Assembly: GCA_002104905.1 (NCBI GenBank)
Contig: MCFE01000210.1
Location: forward strand, 62,001-126,000
Direction of reading: 5' to 3'
DNA length: 64,000 nt
Source: Basidiobolus meristosporus CBS 931.73
Lineage: Eukaryota; Fungi; Basidiobolomycota
Made by a program: the position numbers and the translations under genes. This document shows positions 38,870-51,566 of this stretch, in pieces. Numbering within the stretch: the stretch's first letter is position 1; every line of letters starts with the position of its first letter. The notes below the pieces were generated by a model, which saw nothing but the letters and a program-made list of their open reading frames with translations, had not been told where the DNA came from and ran no database searches.

Positions 38870-40486
38870 ATGAAACAAATCACAATCCTCGGTGGGGGTA
38901 TTTCCGGTCTTTCCGCTGCCTGGTATTTGGCCAAGGCCCTGCCTGCAACCACCCGCATCGTTCTTCTGGAGCGTTCAGCTCACCTTGGTGGCTGGCTCAA
39001 CTCCCATAGATCCAAGAGCGGTACCCTGTTTGAGACCGGCCCTCGTAGCTTACGTCCCAAGGGTTACACCGGTCTGCTCACCCTGAATCTGGTAAGTTCC
39101 ACCTGGCAGTTTGACTTGCCTACGAAACACTAATGGCTTGACCTCCTTAACCCCAGGCAAGCGAACTCGGTCTCACAGAAGAGCTTCTTGTTGCGACGAA
39201 ATCCTCCCCTGCTTCAAAGCACAGGCTGATCTATCGAGGTGACCAGCTCCACCTGCTGCCCTACGACTTGAACAGTTTACTGTTCAAGCAACCTGAGGTC
39301 TTGCGAGGCACCACCTTCGCTTTCATGAAAGAACCGTTCGTCCCTGCCAGAAGGGACGATGCCGATGAGTCCATCCACGACTTCATCGCTCGTCGACTCA
39401 GCCCGAAGTTCGCCGAGGATATCGTGGGGGCAGTGATTCATGGGATTTACGCCGGGGACGCGAAGAATCTTAGCTTGAAGGCGGTGATGCCATTCCTCCA
39501 TGAGGCCGAGAGGAAGTACGGCTCGATCATTCTCGGCGGGATTCTGGGCATGAAGTCTGACCCGCGAGTGAAGGAACTCCGGGAGAAGCTGCAGTCGGAG
39601 AACCCGGAGATGTGGGGGAAACTCCAGGACGCCTCCATCTATTCCTTCAAGGAGGGGATCCAGGCGCTTTCGGACGGGATCGTACGAAGCCTGAAGCGCT
39701 TCCCCAATGTGATACTGAAGACCGAGGTTGACTGTGATAGATTGGAGTTCGGCCAAGTCGCCAAGGTAAGAGTCTCTCTAATCAATCCTCCCCGACAATG
39801 CTGGCCTGCTCACCAGGTTCGTTGGTCACCAGGTTGTTCTGAAGAACGGAGAGTCGTACGAAAGTGATCATGTCATTAGTACCATCCCATCGACCCGTCT
39901 GGCCCCGATGCTACCCAAGCCCATCCCCACCCTGAGCCAGACCGTGGGCGCTGACGTCGGGGTGGTCAACCTAAGCTATGCTGGGAAAGGAGTTTTACCC
40001 ATCGATGGCTTCGGCTATCTGGTCTCTCCTGCCGAGAAGGAGGCGGTCCTGGGGGTTGTGTTCGATTCGTCGAACATTCCGGAGCAGGACGCCGGGAAGG
40101 ACATCACAAGGATGACCGCAATGATAGGTGGGCATAGGTTCAAGGAGCTCTTTGGCGAGCCGGAGTCCGTAGATCCGGAGCACCTTTTGCATGTGGCGAA
40201 ATCCACGATTGCCCGACACATTGGGGTCAGCAAAGAGCCGCTCGAGAGTCAGGTCTCGATCCAGGCCCAATGCATCCCACAGTACACCGTCGGCCATCGG
40301 GAGAGGCTGGGGGAAACCCACGCCCACCTGAAGAAGCTCTACCCTAACCAGCTTAGCGTCACCGGGGCATCCTACCTGGGGGTCTCGGTGAACGATTGCG
40401 TCGCCTCCTCATACGAGCTGGTGAACTCGCTGGTCGCCACCGAATTCCGGGGCGTCACTGGGTTGGAGAAGTCTGAAGAAGATTGA
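38870..40486 (+). CDS. HEM14: Protoporphyrinogen oxidase, 3 exons
   Basis: ITILGGGISGLSAAWYL, LGGWL.S, FETGPRSLR, HGIYAGD...LS, DGFGYLV, CIPQYTVGH, GVSVNDCV. Confidence 0.95.
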
Positions 40487-40950
40487 CGCCCCATACCCAA
40501 GGGGAGTCATTGATCACGTTCTTTGTACAGTCATCCTCATCCAATCGAAATAAACGCTTCATAGATATTGCTGCACCAGAAGAGCTGGTTGAAATCTACC
40601 TTTGACGGAGGGGTCCATATCTCTTTCCCACTATGAGTGTCCGGTAAGCGGGATGATACGGCCCCCTAGATTGCCGGGCTTGTGATGGGGGGGGGCTGAA
40701 CTAGGGAATTGGTCGTGTGCCTGCTGGGCACTATATGCTCTGCTGCGACATACCCAAGATGGGATCCTAGTACATGGGTGGCTAGAAATAAATAAATAAT
40801 GCCAGCAGCTGGCTGGCCACCCAATTACCCATTACACTCTATCCCACTTGGTTAGCCTTGTAGAGACCTATTTGTACTTCGCTTGTTTGAGCAGCCCTTT
40901 GTATTTGTGTAGATACTCATTTAAATCCTGGGCAACTGGGGGACAAGCGG

Positions 40951-42666
40951 TATTGTAAATTTTGTGATTACACCTAAACATTCACCTAACTTGGTCAGAA
41001 TTCTCTAAGTTTTGTAGGTGATGATCTAAGTGACTACGTTTCTTCTTGGGATTTACTTGGAATATTTTAACCAAAGTATTGGGTACCCAGAACATGAAAT
41101 TTCTCAAAGTTATCCAAACAGCCCTAAACCTTGCACACATGTTCTTGGGACCTTCCTAAGCATATTCTACATGTTTGTTTTGCCACAACCATGTAAAAGT
41201 ATAAATACTACTTTTACATTCAATAAATCATTAAGTGAAAACCACATAATCTACTTGTCCTCCCAATCACTTCCAATATCTCCAAGACTCTTACAACAGG
41301 TTATGAGCCCCAAGCTGTCACTCTCTGCAATGTCTACCACTGCTATTACTGGAATTTTTCCCTCTGCTGAAAAGTTGGATGGATCTAACTATTGTAAAAA
41401 TTTGCAATTCCACCTAAATATTCACCTAACTTAAATCATTACCCTCAAATTCTAGAGAATACTGACCAAATTCCTTGTCAGGATTTACTTGGAATATTTT
41501 CACCAAAGTACCAGGTACCCAAAACATGAAAATTCTCAAAGTTGTCCAAACAGCCCCAAACTTTGCACACATATTCTTGGGACCTTTCTTAACCTATTCT
41601 ACGTGCTTGTAATGCCAAGACCAGGTAAAAGTACAAATACTACTTTTACATTCAATAAATCATTAAGTGAAAACCATATAATCAACTTGTTTTCCCAATC
41701 ACTTCCAATATCTCCAAGACTCTTACAACACTAACTACTACATGTGGAAGGTGAAGATGAAGATGCTGCTACAAGAAAGAGGCCTTTGGGATATTGTTAT
41801 GGGAGAAAAATGCCCTCCTAGAGGTGTGGGAAAAGAAGTCTAAAGTCACAGAAGAAAGAACAAAGTGCCTTTGACTGCATTTGCCTTAATGTCAACAGCA
41901 GATTGCTAATTCAATGCTCAGGAGCAAAAATGGGAAAGAATGCCTGAAAGGCAATAGAAGACACCTACTGGTCATGTTCAGCTGCTAAGAAACTGTATTG
42001 TATACAAGAATCCCTCACTACTTAGAAGTTACTAGGAGGAGAAGCAAAAAATCTAATTAGCAGAATTACCCTTTTAGTAGATGAGATGGAATCTGTGGGC
42101 ATACAGGCTACTGATGCAGAGTCAGCAGAAAAAGCCTGAATATGGAAATGCTGCAACATCTGAAGACAGACTTTTGATATCTGCACTAAATATGACAACA
42201 AAGAAGGATTCTCAGATATGGTAGATTGCCTCTGGAGCATCTCAACACTTTAGATACCAAAGAGTACATTTAACCCATCATCAACAAATTCCAATCAAGT
42301 AGGTTCTCATGGGAGACAACAGAACACTTGATGCAGTTGGGGAAGGTACTATCCAAGTACACCTTAAAAGTATTGAAGGAAGCCATACATTTACCTTCAA
42401 AGAAGTATTATATGTACCAGAAATAGCCAAGAACCTACTATCTGTAAGCAAGGCCACAACTTAAGGACTCAGTTTCAGCTTTGACAATTCTGGAGGCAGG
42501 ATCACTGATCAAAATGGTGCCCATGTTGCTTCAGGTTTCAGAGATTAAAATCTATACAAGCTGACTTACATCCTATCATGTCTAGAAGTCAATATAAGTA
42601 ACTCAAATGAAGAAACACCAATGCTTTGGCACAGGAGATTTGGACACATCAACTTTGAATATTTGC
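40951..42666 (+). mobile_element. Copia copy A: 5' LTR (40951-41298), PBS, decayed and internally deleted gag-pol; 3'-truncated
   Basis: LTR followed by GGTTATGAGCCC at 41299. Frameshifted gag/protease/GAG-pre-integrase similar to copy F. Confidence 0.88.
41390..41730 (+). mobile_element. Copia solo LTR inserted in gag of copy A
   Basis: Flanked by a perfect 5-bp TSD CTAAC (41385-41389 and 41731-41735). No PBS follows and gag resumes afterwards. Confidence 0.92.
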
Positions 42667-43437
42667 ATTCTGTTAATTAAGATTCTCATTTCTTCTCCTG
42701 GCTGCATCTTTGCAGTAAAGAATTTTTGTCTCAGATACATTTTCTTGGCAGCTGAACATGACTGGTAGGTGTCTTCTAATGCTTTACAGGCATTCTTTGC
42801 TGTTTTTGCTCTTGAGCATTGAATTAGCAATTTGTCCTTAACATTAAGGCAAATGCAGTGTAAGGCACTTTGTTCTTTCTTCTGGTACTTTAAGGCTTCC
42901 TCTCCCATGTTTTTAGGAGGGCATTCTTCTCCCATGACAATATCCCAAAGGCCACTTTCTTGTAGCAGCATCTTCATCTTCACCTTCCACACTTGGTAGT
43001 TGGATCCATCCAACTTTTCAGCAGAGGGAAAGTTCCAGTAATAGCAGTGGTAGGCATTGCAGAGAATGACAGCTTGGGGCTCATAACCTGTTGTAAGAGT
43101 CTTGGAGATATTGGAAATGATTGGGGGGACAAGTAGATTATGTGGTTTTCACTTAATGATTTATTGAATGTAAAAGTAGTATTTATACTTTTACATGGTC
43201 TTGGCATAACAGACATGTATAGGGGGCATAGGAAGGTCCCAAGAACATGTGTGCAGAGTTTGGGGCTGTTTGGACAACTTATCAAATTTTCATGTTTTTG
43301 GTACCTGGTATTTTGGTGATAATATTCTAAGTAAATCCCAACAGGGAATTTAGTCAGTATTCTCCAGGATTTGAAGGTAATGATCTAAGTGACTAAGCTT
43401 GGTGAATATTTAGGTGGAATTACAAATTTTTTCAACA
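42667..43437 (-). mobile_element. Copia copy B: 5' LTR (43089-43437), PBS and 5' part of gag, tail-to-tail with copy A
   Basis: Reverse-complement PBS GGGCTCATAACC at 43077-43088. ORF 42603-43013 translates as gag. Confidence 0.88.
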
Positions 43438-43670
43438 ATACAAAATCTTGGTGATCTGCAATGACTGAGGAATATCAGGCTCTGGTGAAAAATCAAACTT
43501 AGGACTTAGTCAAATGCTGACTCAACCAAAAATCAATCGGATGAAGATGGGTCTCCAAGTCAAGATATAAGGCTGATGGTTCAATCAAAATATGTACAGC
43601 AAGACTTATATCCAAAGGATACTCTCAAGTAAAAGGACTGGACTAAACTGAGATCTTTGCACTGGTGCCA
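43438..43670 (+). mobile_element. Highly decayed copia RT N-terminal fragment
   Basis: Nucleotide similarity to D 53050-53280 (GATCTGCAATGACTGAGGAATATCAGGC...AAGGCTGATGGT). Confidence 0.75.
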
Positions 43671-43799
43671 AGTATAATTACATCATACCAATATTGGTTA
43701 CTGCATCCAACTTCCTATTGCAGTTATTGTGATGATATCATCAAAAGGCAATCACAAATTCTAAGTCCTGTGACTAAGAGGTACTGATTCCATCAGGAC

Positions 43800-45128
43800 A
43801 CTGTGCAAAGACTGTCAAAAAATAAATGCACCCCAGATTTCACAAAAAACTTGGTCAAATATTTTTATCACAACAATACAAAAGTGGCTTTTGATTGGTT
43901 CTCCGCCAATTTGCTCACTTTCTGGTCCTGGGCACTCTATCACCTCCTACATTTGTGTGCATTGATTGGCTATTGCCTCTTTCTCATACTTCCTGACTGA
44001 ATAATTTCTGGTACTTTTCATGCATACAAATTGACTTATTTCCACTTAAACTTCAGTAGTACCTCAGTTGCCAGTTGTATCAACCTATGCAAGTCTCTAT
44101 GCGCTACACTAACATTAAGCTCAACCCCACAATCAACAAGTAACTCTATTAAAATCTACTGCTCAATAAATATTTCTACTGTATTCTTCTGTTCTTATGA
44201 CTTTAACAGGAATCCTTTGGCTTTATACCACTGTTCATTCACTGGTTCCCATATATCCTAGTATTCAGCTAGCACTGCAAGGTCTAGTACCTCATCTGCC
44301 AGTCTTTGCAATAAGTTCTTGCAATATTCAAGTGTGTTTTCTTGAGCATTGATCTTGAAGAAGTGCTGTAACCTCTTGGTGTGCCTGTTAATGTTCCAAA
44401 ATTCCACTGAAGGCATTGAGATAACCTTTTGAGTTCTTGACATTGTTACTTTGTCTGTCAGTGGGATCTCCACTCTGTCGACAATGGAGGATGTGGAGGC
44501 TGTGGAGGCTGTGGTAGACAAATTGCCTTTTTCAGCAAACTCATCTACCTTGCTGGAGTGAAGCTTAACTGGCTGTGCTTCCAGCTCTTGTGAAAACAGC
44601 TGTTTGCTTGTTGGTAAATCTTCTTGGCTATGATGGGATCCAGTCTGTTCCAGGCTTACAGCATCAATTGGCAAGAACTGCAGCCTTTTTCTCATGCCTC
44701 CATGTCTCCTGCTTGCATAGACTTTTTTTCCTTTACCTTTTCCATTATCACTGCCAGGTGTTTCACTGCTACTTGTCTGAGTGCTACTTGTATTGAACTA
44801 CATTGTCTCCTTGATAGATGCTGCTCTGGTGCATCTGTTTTGGCCTGCTTGTCCCTTGCTAGCACTCTGCAGGCAACCTGACACTTCTTTTCCGCTTGTT
44901 TTGAGCTCTCAGCCCATGCTGTCATGGGCTCCTAAGGTAGCTGCTCCTTTTTATCACTGCCAGGATCTTCACTGCTACTTTGGCTGAATGCCTCTTGAGT
45001 AGAACTACACTTTTTCCTTGATAAATGTTATGCTGGTGCATCTGTGTCTGCCTGCTTTTCCCTTATGGCACTCTTCCAGCTGCCTGATATCTCTTTGACA
45101 CTTGTATGGAGCTTTTAGCCCTGCTTGT
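43800..45128 (-). mobile_element. Decayed unknown repeat, possibly a Ty3/gypsy gag-protease remnant
   Basis: Stop-interrupted frame continuing ORF 44258-44695 contains LLVDCGVELNV, which resembles a retropepsin D(S/T)G motif. CpG-depleted like its neighbours. Confidence 0.3.
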
Positions 45129-47303
45129 TGTTGTGAGAGTCTTGGAGATAGTGAAAGTGATTTGGGAGGACAAGTAGACTTTGTGGTTTTCATTTATTGA
45201 TATATTGAATGTAAAATTAGTATTTATACTTTTACATGGTCTTGGCACACCAGACATGCTAAATGGGCTTAGGAAGGTGTTTAGAACATGTGTGCAAGCT
45301 TTGGAGCTGTTTAGACAACTTTGAGAATTTTCATGTTCTGGATAACTGACATTTTGGTGAAAATATTTTGAGTAAATTACAATAAGGAATTTGGTCAGTA
45401 TTTTCTAAGACTTGAAGGTACAGATCTAAGTAACCATGTCAGGTGAATATTTAGGTGAAATTTCAAATTTACAACACTCCTACTCAGCTAAATATCAATA
45501 CTGACTAGTCCAAATTTTGACCTAAGGTACTTGAACTTGTCTCTAGCTAGTGGTTTGGTAATTATATCTACAATCATTTCATCCAAAGGACAGTAAAATA
45601 AGCTAACTAAGCTATTCCCTATAGCCTCATGTACAAAGTGATGTCTAATATCTATGTGCTTAGCTCTAGCATCAAAAGTTGGATTTTGTCCCCAACCGGC
45701 ATCAGAGTATCCCACAAGATCCTGTTCTGAGTCCTCATCAGTGTATCATAACTAGATATCAGCAGTTCCTTTTAGGTATCTAAAAATCCACCGGACTGCT
45801 GCAATATGATCAGGTCCATAGTTCTGATTATGCTGGCTGACAGCTCTCACTGAATACAAGATATCTGGACATGTTCCAAGCATGATATACGTCAGACTTC
45901 CAGCCATATACATCCAACTGACAGTCATAGAGTGATAAGGAAAGTCAGGGCTTTCAGATAGCAGCAGGCTCTCTTGATTAGGTTGAATTTGTTGTAAAAA
46001 TTTGTAACTCACGTAAATATTCACCTAACTTAGTCACTTAGATCATTACCTTCAAATCCTAGAGAATACTGACCAAATTCCTTGTCAGGATTTACTTGGA
46101 ATATTTTCACCAAAATACTAGGTACCTAGAGCATGAAAATTTGATAAGTTGCCCAAACAGCCCCAAACTTTGCACACATGCTGTTGGAACCTTCCTTAAC
46201 CTATTCCTTGTGTTTGTAATGCCAAGACCATGTAAAAGTATAAATACTACTTTTACATTCAGTAATTCATTAAGTGAAAGCCACATAATCTACTTGTCCT
46301 CCATATCACTTCCAATATCTCCAAGACTCTTACAAAAGGTTATGAGCCCCAAGCTGTCATTCTCTGCAATGTCTACCACTGCTATTATTGGAACTTTCCC
46401 CTCTGCTGAAAAGTTGGATGGATCTAACAACCAAGTGTAGAAGGTGAAGATGAAGATGCTGCTACAAGAAAGAGGCCTTTGGGATATTGTCATGAGAGAA
46501 GAATGCCCTCCTAAAGACATGGGAGAGGAAGCCTTAAAGTACCAGAAGATAAAACAAAGCGCCTTTAACTGCATTTGCCTTAATGTTAAATACAAATTGC
46601 TAATTCAATGCTCAAGTGCAAAAACAGCAAAGAATGCCAGGAAGGCATTAGAAGACACCTACCAGTCATATTCAGCTGCTAAGAAAATGTATCTGAGACA
46701 AAAATTCTTTGCTACAAAGATGCTGCCAGCAGAAGAAATGAAAAATCTAATTAACAGAATTACCCTGCTAGTAGATGAGATAAAATCTGTGGGCTCACCA
46801 ACTACTGATGAGGATGTGATAGTGACCATCCTGAATAGCCTGACAGACAAGTTTCAAGGCCTTGTATCAGCCCTAGAGTCCAGAACTGAAGACTTGACCT
46901 TAAATTATGTATATGGAAGGCTCCTGGATGAAGAATTAAGAAAATCAAGTGCAAATAAGAAGGAAGAAGAAAATGCTTTAATAAGCAATGATAACTAACA
47001 AAGGAGGTATCCAAGACTCTACATAGGCAACAGCAACCTGTTTTGCAACCACTGCAAAAGGAAAGGACACACATCAGACTGGTGTCTCAAAAAGAAGGAT
47101 AATCAGCAAAAGAAGCCGGAATATGGAAATGCTGCAACAACTGAAGATAGACTCTTCATATCTGCACTAAATATGACCACAAACAAGAATTCTCAGATGT
47201 GGTATATTGACTCTGGAGCATCCCAACAAATTACACACCAAAAAAAACTTTTTACCCAATATCAAGAAATTCCAATTAAGAAGGTTTTCATGGGTGACAA
47301 TAG

Positions 47304-50300
47304 TGTTGTAAGAGTCTTTGAGATATTGGAAGCAATTGGGAGAACAAGTAGATTATGTGGTTTTTCACTTAATGATTTATTGAATGTAAAAGTAGTATTT
47401 ATACTTTTACATGGTCTTGGCATAACAAGCACATAGAATAGATTAAGGAAGGTCCCAAGAACATGTGTGCAAAGTTTGGGGCTGTTTGGACAACTTTGAG
47501 AATTTTCATGTTCTGGGTAACTGGTATTTTGGTGAAAATATTCTAAGTAAATCCCGACAAGGAATTTGGTCAGTATTCTCTAGGATTTGAAGGTAATGAT
47601 GTAAGTAACTAAGGTAGGTAAATATTTAGGTGGAAATACAAATTTTTACAACACTCCCTCTCAGCTTAATGTTCACACTGACTAGTCCTAATTCTGACTT
47701 AAGATATTCAAACTTGTCTCTAACTAATGGTTTGGTAAATATATCTGCAATCATTTCATCTGTGGGACAGTAAGCTAAGCTAGCTAAGTTATTCTCTATA
47801 GCTTCACGTATGAAATGATTTCTAATATCTATGTCCTTGGTTCTAGCATGAAAAGTTGGATTTCTACCTGACTGTATACATACCTGATTATCTTAAAATA
47901 AAGTAATAGGCGTTTTTTAACATAGGCTTAAGTCTGTAACAAGCTTTCTTATCCACATTGCTTCTTTTGTAGCTTCACAGGCTGCCATGTACTCTGCCTC
48001 TGTGGTCAAAAGTACTACAGTTGGTTGCTTTCTTGAATTCCATGAAATTGCTCCTTTACAGTAAAGATAGGTGTATCCTGTGGTGGATCTTCTGTCTTCC
48101 AAATTTTGTCCCCAATCAGCATCTGAGTATCCCACAAGATCCTGTTCTGAATCCTCATAAGTGTATTTTAAGCAGATATCAGCAGTTCCTTTTAGGTATC
48201 TAAAAATCCACTTAACTGCTGCAACATGATCAGATCCATAGTTCTGATTATGTTGGCTGACAACTCCCACTGAATATGAGATATCTGGACATGTTCCTAG
48301 CATGATATACATCAGACTACCAACCATAGATGGATAAGGAAACTCAGGGCTTTTAGATGGCACCAAGCTCTCTTGATTTGGTTGAGTTTTGACCAAGTTA
48401 AGGTTTGTCTCCATTGGGGTAGCTGCTGATTTACAGTCTTCCATTTGGCACTTCTTTAGTATATCTTGAGTATACTTGGATTGGCTAAGGGTGATAGTCT
48501 GGGTACTTCTGTCTATGGAGAACTTAATCCCTAAGTAGTAACTAAGTTCTCCTAGATTGGATATCTTGAACTCCTTAGATAAGCTGGATTTACACTCTTC
48601 CAATGTTTCTAGGCTATTGGTGGCTATAATAAGATCATCCACATATAGAGCTAATAGAACTGGATTTGCTCTATCTGGCTTATGGTATATACTATAGTCA
48701 GCATTACTCCTTTTGAACCTCAAAGATTCCAGATAAAATCTATCTTGCAATTCCAGGCTCTTGGTGATTGTTTAAGACCATATAGTGACTTTTTAAGCTT
48801 GCAGACCAAATGAGGGTTATCTTAGTCAACAAACCCATCAGGCTTGTCCATATACACGTCCTCATCAAGTTCCCCATTCAAAAATGCAGTTTTCACCTCC
48901 ACTTGATGAATAAACAACTTATATTTGGCTGCAATAGCCAATATTAATCTGATGGAATTAAACTTGGCTACCGGTGCAAAGGTCTCAGTATAGTCAAGTC
49001 CTTTTGTTTGAGAGTATCCTTTGACTACACATATTGCTTTGTATCTTTTAACTGTACCATCAGCCTTGTATTTGTCTTGAAGACCCATCTGCATCCAATT
49101 GATTTCTGGTTGATTGGTAATTTGACTAAGTCCCAAGTTTGATTTTCCATCAGGGCCTGATATTCCTCAGTCATTGCAGATCTCCCAAACTTTGTCTGAG
49201 GGCTATTTAGGGCCTCTTTTACAGTCTGGGGCTCATCAATATGGACTGAATAGGCATAGGCTGAGTTTGAACCCTCATTGATATAGTAATTTGGGCTATT
49301 TCTTCTCCAACTGGATCTCCAGGCATTTGATACTGGAATGATCACTTCTGGGATATTCCTGGGCACTGATTCTGGCTGAACCATGGTTGCAGAGTCCTCT
49401 GGAGTGAAAAAGCTCTCATTGTTTTGCTCTCATTCAATCCTGACAATTGGTGGACTTGAGATCTAATTTTTGTCATCATCTAATGTCATTTTTTGTGAAA
49501 ATTTAGAATTTTCATCAAACAGCACATCCCTGGACTTGATCAGCTTCTTTGCTTTGGTATTGTAGAGTCTGTATGCTTTACTCTCATTGCAGTAGCCCAA
49601 AAATATACATTTTACACTTTTTGGCTCAAATATTGACTGATTTCCGGCCTGTTTTTTGACATTTGCTGTACACCCAAATATTCCTAGAAGTTCTGCACTT
49701 GGTCTGTATCCATACCATGCTTCAAATGGAGTAGAATCACAAAGTATTCTGTTATAACTCCTATTTTCAAGGTATACAGCAGTAGCAACTAATTTGGCCC
49801 AAAAATCATATGATAATTTTTGATTGTGGATCATAGATCTTACCATATCAATTATTGATCTGCTAGCATGTTCTGTTACTCCATTTTGCTGTGGGGAGTA
49901 TGGTACACTAGTCTCTTGCTTTATCCCATGAGTTTTGCCAAAGTGGATGAAGAGTTTTGAGGTATATTCTCCACCATTGTCAGAGCGTATTATCTTGATT
50001 TTTTCACCAGTTTCTCTCTCCATTATGGCTTTAAACTCCCTGAACTTAGACAGAGCTTCTTCCTTTCTCTCCATGAAGTAGACCCATGTGTATCTTGTAT
50101 AATCATCAATAAAAGTGATCAAATACTTCATCCCACCTAAGGATAAATTTTGCATAGGTCCACACAGATCTGAGTGAATTAGATCCAATTTTTTCTTAGT
50201 TTGGATTAACCCAGAGCTCTTGAACAGTTGTCTGGCTTGTTTCCCATATATGCAGGCTTCATGGTGCTCCAAATTAGCTTGGGGATCAATCTTTACTCCA

Positions 50301-51566
50301 GAAATTAGCTGATCTTTGATCATTTTGCGCAAATAATCAAAATTGATGTGTCCAAATCTCCTGTGCCAAAGCATTGGTGTTTCTTCATTTAAGTTACTTG
50401 TATTGGCTTCCAGATATGATGGAATATTAGTCAACTTGTAAAGATTCTGATCTCTGATGCCCAAAGCAATATGGGCACCATTTTCATCAGCGATCCTGCA
50501 TCCAGAATTGTCAAAACTGAAACTGAGTCCTTCTGCAGTGGCCTTGCTTACAGAGAGTAGGTTCTTGGCTATTTCTGGTACAGAGAGTATTTCTTTAAAG
50601 GTCAGTGTATGGCTTCCTTCACTGCTTCTAAGGTTTACTTGGATAGTTCCTCCTCCCACTGCATCAAGTGTTCTATTGTCACCCATGAAAACCTTCTTAA
50701 TTAGAATTTCTTGATATTGGGTAAAAAGTTCTTTTGGTGTGTAAAGTGTAGTTGGTGAGCCCACAGATTTCATTTCATCCACCAGCAGGGTAATTCTGTT
50801 AGTTAGATTTTTCATTTCTTCTCCTGGCAGCATCTTGGTAGTAAAGAATTTTTGTCTCAGATACATTTTTTTAGCAGCTGAATATGACTGGTAGGTGTCT
50901 TCTAATGATTTACAGGCATTCTTTGCTGTTTATGCTCTTGAGCATTGAATTAGCAATTTGTCTTTAACATTGAGGCAAATGCAGTTAAAGGCGCTTTGTT
51001 CTATCTTCTGGTACTTTAAGGCTTCCTCTCCCATGCTTTTAGGAGGGCATTCTTCTCCCGTGACAATATCCCAAAGGCCTCTCTCTTGTAGCAGCATCTT
51101 CATCTTTACCTTCCACACTTGGTAGTTAGATCCATTCAACTTTTCAGCAGAGGGAGAAATTCCAGTAATAGCAGTAGTAGGCATTGCAGAGAGTGAAAGC
51201 TTGGGGCTCATAATTCTGTTGTAAGAGTCTTGGAGATATTGGAAGTGACTGGGAGGACAAGTAGATTATGTAGTTTTTCACTTAATGAATTACTGAATGT
51301 AAAAGTAGCATTTATAATTTTACATGGTCTTGGCATAACAAACACAAAGAATAGGTTAAGGAAGGTCCCAAAAACATGGGTGCAGAGCTTGGGGCTGTAT
51401 GGACAATTTTGAGAATTTTCATGTTCTGGGTACCTGGTATTTTGGTGAAAATATTCTAAGTAAATCCCAACAAGGAATTAGGTCAGTATTTTCTAGGATA
51501 TTAAGGTAATGCTCTAAGTGACTAAATTAGGTGAATATTTAGGTGCAAATACATATTTTTACAACA
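47304..51566 (-). mobile_element. Copia copy E: two LTRs (47304-47653, 51217-51566), with an internal gag deletion of roughly 0.4 kb
   Basis: TSD AATAG (47299-47303) / GATAG (51567-51571). ORFs 49463-50866 (PR/IN) and 47917-48750 (RT/RH). Confidence 0.93.

Noticed and set aside
38387-38878. 163-aa minus-strand ORF between SNRNP27 and HEM14
   Set aside because: Non-ATG start, overlaps the HEM14 start and has no recognisable domain; likely promoter sequence.
41030-41734. Recurrent ORFs with 'KSINTTFTFNKSLSENHII' (also near 42980, 46096, 47300, 51230 and 60608)
   Set aside because: These are translations of the repeated LTR, not an independent gene family.
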